DNA from: Candidatus Harpocratesius repetitus
GTDB lineage: Archaea; Asgardarchaeota; Lokiarchaeia; Sigyniarchaeales; Promethearchaeaceae
Assembly (NCBI GenBank): GCA_021498095.1
Contig: JAIZWK010000001.1
Coordinates: 30,001 to 62,000, forward strand
DNA: 32,000 nt
Direction: 5' to 3'
How positions within the stretch are numbered: position 1 is the stretch's first letter; the number at the start of each line of letters is the position of its first letter. Positions 10,103-19,376 of this stretch are shown piece by piece. The notes beneath the pieces were generated by a model. That model saw nothing but the letters and a program-made list of their open reading frames with translations, was not told where the DNA came from and ran no database searches. Position numbers and translations under genes: made by a program.

Positions 10103-11863
10103 TCAATCTACATCTAAATTCAATTTTTCTAATTTCACCTTTACTGCATTTAGGATTTTATGTCCATACAACTCTAGAAATTTAATAGACCCTGCTTGTT
10201 CATGGCCACCTCCTTCTATAGCCGCGAGGGGAAATTGTTTTTGTAGATAGAGCAGCAATTCAGGTACTGGAAGGAGTGCTTCAGTTGCCCTAATAATAAT
10301 CCCATCACTGAAATAACCCATGGAAAAAACCGCTTTGGAGTAAGTTTGAGCCGCGATATGATCATGAATTAATCCAAGAGTTTTTCCTGGTGGTGGATAT
10401 TTTCCTCTTTGAGTAAATTGTTCTAAATTTAAAGTTACAACCTTTACAGCAGTAAAATCACTAATTTGAATGTGAGGCAAAATTCGGTTCAATGCTTCAT
10501 CAAAATATCGATCTACTTCATGAGCCACTAACTGCACCATTTTCTCGTTAGTAAAAACTTGTTCATAGACACCTTCTCCATCTTCAAATCTGAAGTGAAA
10601 GGCTAAATAATCAATAACTTTAGCCATATCTAAAAGTTCTTCTCGAGTTTTTTCAGATTTCTTAATGCACTTATCAATTTCTTCCCCTTCACATCGATCA
10701 CCCACTCCTGCTACAGCAGGATATAAAGGAGCATCGAGATCTTCATCAATAAACCGAGCTAATTCGTATCCTAACATTCCACCGCTTGTTTGAGAATCCC
10801 AACCAAAAAGATAGGGATTAAGATGAAATTGAAGATAATCACAGATCACACTTTTTCCATCCGCTAATTCCCCGGGATTATGATGATCAACAACTATACA
10901 TTCATAGTTGAAGCTTTGGAGAACTTGAAGAGCAAATAAGTTTTCAGGGGTTGATCCTGTGTCTAAAAGAAGAATTAAAGGAGATTTATCTCCAAAATGA
11001 TTGGTGTAACGATTAAATTTACTTATATCTCGAAATAAATCAATTTGATCGTAAAAGGGAGAAACACTAGGGCTTCGGTAAAGTTTATTTTTAGGATCAA
11101 TATTATTTCGCTCCATTTCATGAAGAATGGCTTGTTCCACAGCCAAACCAGCACATATTCCATCAGCATCATTGTGATGACGGATTAAAATTGGTTGTTG
11201 ATCCATAATAGCGCGGCGGATTCGCTGCGCGATCGATATAAAACGCTCTTTCATACTTTCATATCGTTTTGAATCAATACTAAAGGTAGTTCGGTGGGGT
11301 CGACTTCTTTCTTGAAGTAATCCTTCAAAATCCATATTTGAAGAACGAATTGATTTAATTTCTATCTCTAATTGATCTCTATGGAATGTAGCTTTTCCAA
11401 AAATTTTGACAATTGAATCTTCTAACACTTCATCTTCAGATAACGGGCGGCTATTATCTTCTTTAGAATTTATATTAGAATTCAAATTTGATTGAATTTC
11501 ATCTTTAGTGGACGAAGAATTAGATGACGATTTGGATTTTGATCGACTATCTTTAATTTGTAAATTTCCAAATGAATAAATTTTAGAACCTTTTTCAGAA
11601 ATTTCGTTTAATTTTTCACTCTCACTTGAATTTTGCTGAAAAATACGTGTATGGGCAACAGCTTCTATAGTTCCAGTTCCATCGAAAATTGTTAAAATGA
11701 TAGGTCCAGGTTTGACTTTTCGAATAATTTTCACAGTTCCTCGATAGTAATCCCCATATTCAAGAAGGTTAATTGCCCTTTTTACCCTTCTCTTTGATTC
11801 TGATGAAGATTTTGATAAAATATCTTTAAACTCTTTTTCTCGTCGATGGTGTTGTGGACTCAT
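10103..11863 (-). CDS. Archaeal RecJ-like DHH phosphoesterase/exonuclease with N-terminal OB fold
   Basis: IRHHNDADGICAG, LLDTGS, VVDHH, VAGVGDR and C-terminal DHHA1 GGGHEQAG. The OB fold (TIFDGTGTIEAV...KIFGKATFHRDQLEIEI) is interrupted by an S/N-rich insert. Confidence 0.85.
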   Translation of the reverse strand: MSPQHHRREKEFKDILSKSSSESKRRVKRAINLLEYGDYYRGTVKIIRKVKPGPIILTIFDGTGTIEAVAHTRIFQQNSSESEKLNEISEKGSKIYSFGNLQIKDSRSKSKSSSNSSSTKDEIQSNLNSNINSKEDNSRPLSEDEVLEDSIVKIFGKATFHRDQLEIEIKSIRSSNMDFEGLLQERSRPHRTTFSIDSKRYESMKERFISIAQRIRRAIMDQQPILIRHHNDADGICAGLAVEQAILHEMERNNIDPKNKLYRSPSVSPFYDQIDLFRDISKFNRYTNHFGDKSPLILLLDTGSTPENLFALQVLQSFNYECIVVDHHNPGELADGKSVICDYLQFHLNPYLFGWDSQTSGGMLGYELARFIDEDLDAPLYPAVAGVGDRCEGEEIDKCIKKSEKTREELLDMAKVIDYLAFHFRFEDGEGVYEQVFTNEKMVQLVAHEVDRYFDEALNRILPHIQISDFTAVKVVTLNLEQFTQRGKYPPPGKTLGLIHDHIAAQTYSKAVFSMGYFSDGIIIRATEALLPVPELLLYLQKQFPLAAIEGGGHEQAGSIKFLELYGHKILNAVKVKLEKLNLDVD

Positions 11864-12021
11864 TGAATCTTAATCACTCTCAAAAAATGGAATTATTCAT
11901 ATTTTATGATTTTACGCTTTTGTGACCACCTGTTATATTAGTATTTTAACAAAAACTGATAGTAAATGGCATCCATGAGATTATTTATTTATCTTTATTT
12001 ATTTCAAAATAGGTGTATCTT

Positions 12022-12513
12022 ATGAAAATTTGGATATTACATGATTCAAAATATGGAAATGGCAAAAAACTAGCCGAAGAATTAGGTAACACTTTTCCAT
12101 CAAATACTGAAATCAAAATTGGACATATCAACGAGATTTCTCCAGAAATTATTGCACAAAATCTTCCAGATTCATTAATTTTAGGAGGTGCCGTTCGCAT
12201 GTTTCGAGGTGCACCGGCTTCCAAAAAATGGTTAAAAAATTTATCAAATTTACTTCAAATATCAAATAAAACAATTTCAACAGGGTTAATATTTCTCACT
12301 CACGCTTTAGCAACAGAAAAAGTTCAAGGATATGCTAAACGTTTTTGGAAAAAAATGAGTAGATCACCAGCAATTTTACAAACATATCCTCAATGGATAA
12401 CTGCGAGAGTAAATACATCCGAAGGTCCATTTTTCGAAGGTGAAATTGATAATGCACTCAAAATCGCCAGTGAATTTCACTCTTGGATTTTAGTTAGAAA
12501 TAATCATAAATAA
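12022..12513 (+). CDS. Flavodoxin-like protein
   Basis: MKIWILHDSKYGNGKKLAEEL P-loop-like FMN motif and LILGGAVR. ATG 12022 follows AGGTG (SD-like). Confidence 0.75.
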   Translation: MKIWILHDSKYGNGKKLAEELGNTFPSNTEIKIGHINEISPEIIAQNLPDSLILGGAVRMFRGAPASKKWLKNLSNLLQISNKTISTGLIFLTHALATEKVQGYAKRFWKKMSRSPAILQTYPQWITARVNTSEGPFFEGEIDNALKIASEFHSWILVRNNHK

Positions 12514-12527
12514 GAAAATTTGCACTT

Positions 12528-12840
12528 GAGGATGTTTCATCTTTTTTAATTTAAACGCTTTTTTGAATATCATTCATATATATCCGACTTATATCTGAAA
12601 TATAGCAATTCTTTTTTTGTCGAACTCGATTTTTTCAAAGAAATTGTTAAAAATATACCATCTTGTTTATAAATTCTTCAATCTGAAGTCGATTTTATTA
12701 TAATTTTTGATTTACATATCTTGAATTTGGCACCTTGGTAAAATCGACAAAAAATATAGAAGGATATTTTGGATTTGAGTCGGAAGAATTCAGATGATGA
12801 AATGAAAAACTTCGAATCTTTGAAATTTAAAATACCCTCA
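12528..12840 (+). repeat. ~312-bp dispersed direct repeat, copy 1 (MITE-like or decayed gene)
   Basis: About 95% identical (hand count) to 31273-31584. Ends GAGGATGTTT...AAATACCCTC are an 8/10 inverted match. This copy is flanked by ACTT on both sides. Confidence 0.9.
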
Positions 12841-12952
12841 CTTGATAAATATTATTTTATTTTTCAAATTATTAAGAGAATAGGAAAAAAGGGAAAAAAT
12901 TCCAATACATTCAATTTCTATGACATTAAATGAATGGAAAGAATTTAATCAA

Positions 12953-15205
12953 TTAATTCTTTTTTTTTAAAGTAATCAGTGCCAATGAAATTAAAGATAT
13001 TCCTATAAAAACTCCTAATGAATAACCCGGAATATTATCAAAAGGAAGAGGTTGTGTATCATCATCAGTAGCTGTATCATCAGATGATGTGTCATCTGTA
13101 GCAGTATCATCTGTGGTAGTATTATTTTCATTTTGTGAACCAGGATAATCACTTGGATCTAATGGATTTGATCCAGAAAGAACCTCAATTCCATCTCCAT
13201 ACCCATCGTTATCAGTATCAGCCTCTAAGAGATTTGTTCCATAACTTACCTCAAATCCATCGAGTAAATTATCATTATCTGTATCAACAGAAAGTGGATC
13301 TGAATTATAGTAATTTACTTCTAACCCATCATTTAAATTATCAAAATCACTATCTTCATTAGCAGGATCTGTCATATATACAAAAACTTCATCACCATCA
13401 TTAATCCCATCAAAATCACTATCGGGATTAGTTGGATCTGTGTGATATATTAGGATCTCATCATTATCACTAATTCCATCAAAATCTGAATCTAGAATAT
13501 AGGTAGTTTTGATTTCATAAATCCGAATAATTTTCATCGAATTCAGCGGAATGCTCAATATTTCATTCGAATATGCTAATTGATAATACGGTTGACCAAT
13601 TACTATTAAAGGCATTAAATCTTCTACAATGTAACGTTGTATTTCGTAATAAATATCTCGTCGAGCCAATTCATCAGTTTCACGATGACCATCATCAATT
13701 AATTGGGATAAATATGGATCATTCACTTGAAACATATTCGATGTGGAATAACTTGCAAAGAGGGGATCAATAAAATTAGATGGATCATTAAAATCATTCA
13801 TCCAACCTAACATGAAAAGATCTATATTATCTTTAACGAAAAATAAATCTTGAAGAAATTCCCCCCAAGTTACATTGTTTAAAATAACTTTAATTCCGAT
13901 TTTTTCTAAATTGGATTTAATCAAATATCCCAAATCTTCACGAACTAAGTTTCCTTCATTCCAAGTATAATTATACACAGCAATTGGAGAGGAATTTGCT
14001 TTATTTATCCACCAAGTATCATTTGTTAAGCTAGTGTTTACTGGAACGATTCCTGCATCATATAAAATTTTTCGAGCATGAGTTACATTATAATTTGGCG
14101 CATCAAATTCAGATGTATGAAATAGAATTCCTTCAGGAACTGGAGAATTTTGTTGTTCTACACTCCATGGATAATCATTTAATATATTTAATATTTCTTC
14201 ATAATTCATTGCAAAACTAATTGATTGTCGCATTGTTATGTTAACTTTTTCATTATTCATTCCAATGTAATATATTATTGAAGACAGAAACGGTTCAGAA
14301 AGAGTAATGTTTGGGTTTGTTTGAAATTGGTCGATGTAGCTAGAATCAAAAGAATCAATTAATTGTATTTCCCCATTTATAAGTGCATCCATTTTAACAG
14401 TGGAGTCATAATATTCAATGAAGTTAACAAACTCTGGAGAATTATTAATCCATCCTCCATGGTAAGAATCATATGCTTCTAAAGTGATTGTATTTTCACT
14501 TTTTTCGATATATTGATATGGTCCAGTTCCAATTAGGATATCAGTATTTGGATTTAAAAGTGAATCATATGGAATTCCAGCATCACTTGGAAGAATTGAA
14601 GAGCCTGTGAAACTCAATAATGCAGGAAATGCTGTATAAGGATAATTCAAAACAAATCTTACCGTGTATTCCGAAATAATTTCTGTATGATTTATAACAA
14701 ATGGACTTTGGGGATAAAGAGGACCAAGTGGTTGATATAAATCGATTAACTGACTCACTCCTAATTCAATTAAACTATTCAATCGATTAAATGTCCAAAC
14801 AACATCGTTTGCATTCAAAAGGCTACCATCATGAAATGTAACACCCTCTTTTAAATTCACGGTATATTCTGTTCCGTTTGAATTCCAAGTTCCCATTTCA
14901 GTAGCAAGACATGGTTTCAGTTTTAATTCAGGATCATTTAAATCTTCTTGAAAAAGACACTCAGATACTTGTCTAATAATTAATTGAGAATTAAAATCCC
15001 ATGCTGTCTGGGGGTCTAAATCATAAGCCAAATAAGAAACCCCATAATTTAATGTCTTCCCATAAGCAATTCCTGAAGATTGAATAACGTTATTAGGCAT
15101 CATTTGAAAGGCAACAACACTACTTTGAGAAATCCCAAATATTAACGAAACAATCAATAAAAATGCCCCCAACAGTAAATTAATATTCTTTTTTTTAATT
15201 TTCAT
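12953..15205 (-). CDS. Family-5 (OppA/DppA-like) solute-binding protein with Ca-binding DxDxDG repeats, T/D linker and IPGY-TM anchor
   Basis: Signal peptide; LDP..AWD, LKEGVTFHDGS, IGTGPYQY, LFMLGWMNDFNDP; repeated DSDFDGISD.DE...TDP; C-terminal IPGYSLGVFIGISLISLALITLKKKN (Loki-CTERM-like). Confidence 0.9.
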   Translation of the reverse strand: MKIKKKNINLLLGAFLLIVSLIFGISQSSVVAFQMMPNNVIQSSGIAYGKTLNYGVSYLAYDLDPQTAWDFNSQLIIRQVSECLFQEDLNDPELKLKPCLATEMGTWNSNGTEYTVNLKEGVTFHDGSLLNANDVVWTFNRLNSLIELGVSQLIDLYQPLGPLYPQSPFVINHTEIISEYTVRFVLNYPYTAFPALLSFTGSSILPSDAGIPYDSLLNPNTDILIGTGPYQYIEKSENTITLEAYDSYHGGWINNSPEFVNFIEYYDSTVKMDALINGEIQLIDSFDSSYIDQFQTNPNITLSEPFLSSIIYYIGMNNEKVNITMRQSISFAMNYEEILNILNDYPWSVEQQNSPVPEGILFHTSEFDAPNYNVTHARKILYDAGIVPVNTSLTNDTWWINKANSSPIAVYNYTWNEGNLVREDLGYLIKSNLEKIGIKVILNNVTWGEFLQDLFFVKDNIDLFMLGWMNDFNDPSNFIDPLFASYSTSNMFQVNDPYLSQLIDDGHRETDELARRDIYYEIQRYIVEDLMPLIVIGQPYYQLAYSNEILSIPLNSMKIIRIYEIKTTYILDSDFDGISDNDEILIYHTDPTNPDSDFDGINDGDEVFVYMTDPANEDSDFDNLNDGLEVNYYNSDPLSVDTDNDNLLDGFEVSYGTNLLEADTDNDGYGDGIEVLSGSNPLDPSDYPGSQNENNTTTDDTATDDTSSDDTATDDDTQPLPFDNIPGYSLGVFIGISLISLALITLKKKN

Positions 15206-15539
15206 TTTAGATCATCATTTTGTGATTCTTTTAAAAATTTCAATTTTTTCATAATAAAGAAATTCTATTTTTATTGAATTCCTCAAAAAGAATGCTTCAA
15301 ATGTACAACATTTTTTTTTTAATAAGAAAAATGTCATAATTAAGACATATTTTTGAGAATATGATCTTAAAGGATAATATTCTTTTAAAAATTTAATTGT
15401 CATTTAAAAATATAAAAATATATTAACTTAACATCAATGTTAAAAAGGTAAATAATCATATTTTAATCCTCAATTCGAAATCTTCTTAAGAAAAATTATT
15501 CATTTTATAATAAGAAAAATAACAACAAATGAACGAAAT

Positions 15540-17864
15540 ATGAAACGCAAAAATTATTTTTCATTATTAGTGATTTTAGGACTTATTTTCAGTTTAAATG
15601 CTGAAGTAATCAGAACAAATGATTTGACATTTAATTCTAAAAATTTCGAGGTTAATTTTGGGAGAAATCTATTTTCATCAAATTTGTTAGAAGATTCACC
15701 TATATTAATTAATGGAAATGAAGATTTAGCTTCGTTTTGTACAATAGGTGATGGTAGTTTTGATAACCCATATATTATTGAAAATTTTAGTGTAAATGCT
15801 TACGAATCCGATGGAATTCTAATCCAGAATGTTAATCTACATGTAATTATTCGTAATTGTTTAATTGAAAATGGAATGGACAATTATCATATCGGAATTA
15901 AGCTTGAAAATTGTTCACATATTACAATCATGAATAATATATTACTTCACAATCAAATTGGAATTTATTTATGGATATCAACGAATAACACAATCATTAA
16001 TAACACAGCCAATTTTAATTCGTATGAAGGAATAGAATTACAATCAAGCAATTTAAACCACATAGGAAATAACACGGTAGAATCTAACGGCCATTATGGA
16101 ATTTTCCTTCATGATTCGTGCTTAAACGTTATCATTGATAACTTAAGCAGAAAAAATGGTTTTGATGGAATTTCTTTGATAGAATCTAGCAATTCAAATT
16201 ACTTTTCATATAATATTCTAAATGATAATAAACATAATGGAATTTATGTTTACTCTTCTTGTATCAATAATACATATTTTGAGAATACAGTATCAAATAA
16301 TACATGGGATGGAATTCATATTGAATCATCAAGTAATTTGAATAATATTTCAAATAATCGAATTTTTGATAATTTGATTTCAGGAATTAAATTAGAGAAT
16401 AACTGTAGTAATAATATTATTTCAAATAACTCAGTAAATAAATGCGAAAGAGGAATATATTTGAGAGATTTATGTATTAATAATTCTCTCATAAAGAATG
16501 TTTTAACTTCCAATATATGGGAAGGCATTTTTTTGGATATACAAAGCGATAAAAACGCACTTGACAATAATATTATTACAGATAATGGAGGAAATGGAAT
16601 ATTTCTACTTAATTCGAGCAGCAATCTTATCGCAAGTAGCACAATCAATGGGTGCATAAGAGGAATTTCTTTGAGTACATCGAGTTTAAACAATACAATA
16701 AAGGATAATATTGCTTCATCCAATATTTGGGAAGGAATTTATTTTGATTTACAAAGCAATAAAAATACAATTATTAATAATAAAATTGCCGATAATGGAG
16801 GTAGAGGGATTTATTTAACTAATTCCAGCGATAATTGCATTGTAAATAACACAATAAACGAGTGCGAAAGAGGAATTTCTTTGAAAACAGCAAGTTTAAA
16901 CAATACAATAAAAGATAATATTGTTTTATCCAATATTTGGGAAGGAATATACTTAGAATCATCAAGTGATACAAATTCAATAATTAATAATATCATTAAG
17001 AATAACAATCATAATGGAATTTTAGTTGATGATTCAAATTCAAATATAATTGAAAATAATACAATTAGTTCTCATATTTATGGTTTGAATCTTATTAAAA
17101 CTAGTGCTAATATGATTTTTGGAAATTTTATTGAAGAAAATAGGTACGGTGTATATATAGATAAAGCAAGCGGGAATATTATTTGGAAGAATTATTTTAT
17201 AAGAAACTTTGATAATAATGTCTATTCTTCATCTACTTCAATTAATCAATGGGATAATGGTACTCATGGAAATTATTGGGGAAATTATTACTATCAATAT
17301 CCTAATGCTTCAAATAATGGGATAATTTGGGATACTCCATATGCAATTGAAGGATCAGTAAATGAATATGATAGATTTCCACTAGTTTTACCTGCACCAA
17401 GTTCCCCTGTTCTTCAAAAAATTATCCCTGATGCAAGTATAGATGGAATAATTACCTTAACTTGGAATAAAGTAACAGACGCAAAAAGTTATCAGATATA
17501 TCGCTCTACCCAATTTATATCCGATATATCAAATCTGACTCCAATTGCTATTACAGGTTCATCATTTTATACAGATAATATAATTATGAACGGTACATAT
17601 TTCTATGTAATTACAGCAATAAATGGTAGTGGAGAATCTTATATTTCCAATTGTGAATCGATTCATGTAGAAATCCATCCAACTTCATCGAATTCTGAAA
17701 ATCTTGATCCTCTTGAAGGTTTTGATCTATCTAAGATATATATTCCAGGATACTCAATTAGACTATTTGGGATATTTGCAACTATTTCGATAATAGGAAT
17801 AATAGTGATTATTAACAAGAAACTTATCAACCCTAAAATTAATGCAATATCGAAATATTTCTAA
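15540..17864 (+). CDS. Surface protein with NosD/PbH1 parallel beta-helix, FN3-like domain and IPGY-TM anchor
   Basis: Signal peptide; PILINGN...GDGSFDNPYIIEN; many N-x-I-x-NN...GI-x-L repeats; WDNGTHGNYW; LTWNKV...YQIYRS...YFYVITAIN; IPGYSIRLFGIF-TM-KK. Confidence 0.85.
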   Translation: MKRKNYFSLLVILGLIFSLNAEVIRTNDLTFNSKNFEVNFGRNLFSSNLLEDSPILINGNEDLASFCTIGDGSFDNPYIIENFSVNAYESDGILIQNVNLHVIIRNCLIENGMDNYHIGIKLENCSHITIMNNILLHNQIGIYLWISTNNTIINNTANFNSYEGIELQSSNLNHIGNNTVESNGHYGIFLHDSCLNVIIDNLSRKNGFDGISLIESSNSNYFSYNILNDNKHNGIYVYSSCINNTYFENTVSNNTWDGIHIESSSNLNNISNNRIFDNLISGIKLENNCSNNIISNNSVNKCERGIYLRDLCINNSLIKNVLTSNIWEGIFLDIQSDKNALDNNIITDNGGNGIFLLNSSSNLIASSTINGCIRGISLSTSSLNNTIKDNIASSNIWEGIYFDLQSNKNTIINNKIADNGGRGIYLTNSSDNCIVNNTINECERGISLKTASLNNTIKDNIVLSNIWEGIYLESSSDTNSIINNIIKNNNHNGILVDDSNSNIIENNTISSHIYGLNLIKTSANMIFGNFIEENRYGVYIDKASGNIIWKNYFIRNFDNNVYSSSTSINQWDNGTHGNYWGNYYYQYPNASNNGIIWDTPYAIEGSVNEYDRFPLVLPAPSSPVLQKIIPDASIDGIITLTWNKVTDAKSYQIYRSTQFISDISNLTPIAITGSSFYTDNIIMNGTYFYVITAINGSGESYISNCESIHVEIHPTSSNSENLDPLEGFDLSKIYIPGYSIRLFGIFATISIIGIIVIINKKLINPKINAISKYF

Positions 17865-18172
17865 TTTTTTTGTTTTTTTGACTTAAAATTGACTTCCATT
17901 TAAACACTTGAAAAGGACGATAAAAAAAAACACTTTTTTTCATTCTGATCTCGAAGAATTTATTGTTCTTGCAAATTTTGCCCAAATTTTTTTATATCTT
18001 TAGATTTTAGCATATGACGTTGATGAATTTTTAAAGGTTCGGGTGCCATTCGATTTTCTCACGAAATTAACTTCAATTGAATGATCAAAATAAAAGAAAA
18101 AATACACCGTCGAATCAGGATCCAGCGGATCTGGCCGTAAAAGTGAACTTCAGCCCCGTCGGGCAGAAAAAC

Positions 18173-19171
18173 TCATATAATCGAATAGGGAGAATTGGGC
18201 AGCTTTTTCTTGAATTTCTGCAAAATATCTTGAATCAAAGGATCGCTGGAAGGCAGATTTTCCTGTAGAAGCGCAAGAATTGAAGGTGTAGCCAACATCA
18301 GCAGTAGTTTCCGATGTCGAGCCGTAAATCCATGAGGGAATGAATTAGGATCAAGAGAAACACTTTTTTTTGAGCCGTTGATTTTGATGTATGCAAATGC
18401 CATATCGGGAATGGTGGGCGGATTGAACGGAATCTCGAGCTTGGGAAATTTACCGACTATTTCGGAATAGGTATACGTTTTAACATCCATATCTGGTCTT
18501 CTAATATAATTTAAAATAAAATCTATTTCTGAAGATTGAGAATCAAATTCCACCTTTTTATAATAAAAGTCAAGTATTGCCTTTCGCTCCTCTGGATAAT
18601 TATCATTTATTGCATCAAAGCCGTTTTCAAAAACTGGATAGCCGTTTTTATCATAAGCCGGAATCGGAAAATTGGGACGGACTTGCCGTACGAAATACCA
18701 TGCCAACCAGAAATTTGACTCAGGTAAGCCATCTCGGGCTCGCGGCACGATTTCGGAAGAAGGAAACGGCATGATATACCATTCAAAACTGTAATCGCAC
18801 GGATACTGCCGTAGATCGATTCCCATCACCCAGAAATAGTGCATGACCCTAAAAAAATATCTAGATTTCTGAGGAATAGGTTCGGGAAATGGAAAATAGA
18901 TCCTTGAACGTATAAAGCAGGGAGAAAGCGATTTCGGGTCGAGTAGGCGCTCATAGTGGTAAAAACGCCAATACGGATGAAGGGGGACGCCGAAGTCATC
19001 AGTTGGAATATTGATCGGAAGTGGAAGCCCGAACCTAAATCCATGTGGATATTCTTTTTTGGGATCGGTTGGAAACCGCTCGTAATCATCGATATCATAT
19101 TCATCTGTATAATTATCATCGTTGTAAATATTGTTAAAATATTTTATCATCCATTCGCTGCGGTTCTTCAT
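18173..19171 (-). CDS. Hypothetical Pro/aromatic-rich protein, 332 aa, GC-rich relative to its neighbours
   Basis: ATG-TGA ORF. A paralog at 31633->32000 shows synonymous changes, which supports coding status. No family recognised. Confidence 0.8.
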   Translation of the reverse strand: MKNRSEWMIKYFNNIYNDDNYTDEYDIDDYERFPTDPKKEYPHGFRFGLPLPINIPTDDFGVPLHPYWRFYHYERLLDPKSLSPCFIRSRIYFPFPEPIPQKSRYFFRVMHYFWVMGIDLRQYPCDYSFEWYIMPFPSSEIVPRARDGLPESNFWLAWYFVRQVRPNFPIPAYDKNGYPVFENGFDAINDNYPEERKAILDFYYKKVEFDSQSSEIDFILNYIRRPDMDVKTYTYSEIVGKFPKLEIPFNPPTIPDMAFAYIKINGSKKSVSLDPNSFPHGFTARHRKLLLMLATPSILALLQENLPSSDPLIQDILQKFKKKLPNSPYSII

Positions 19172-19376
19172 TTTTATGCCATCTTCTTTTATTCAATTAT
19201 TCTTTCGTTCATTATTATTTCTCTTGTAATTTATTTCAAATTTTCTTTTTTAAACTTAACCTCTAAAAAATTTTATGAAAAAACATATCAAAATATAAAA
19301 AAAACATGATATGAAATAAAAGTATAAAAAAATGCAGCGCAAACTTGTTATTGCTCATTTGATTTGACCTCATGGT

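Noticed and set aside
12650-12830. Frame in the 312-bp repeat that reads well if TGA=Trp (SI*SRFYYNF*FTYLEFG...FR**NEKLRIFEI)
   Set aside because: Several other frames on both strands look equally protein-like, there is no start, a TAA lies just upstream and the copies differ by a 1-bp indel. Not distinguishable from chance or decay.
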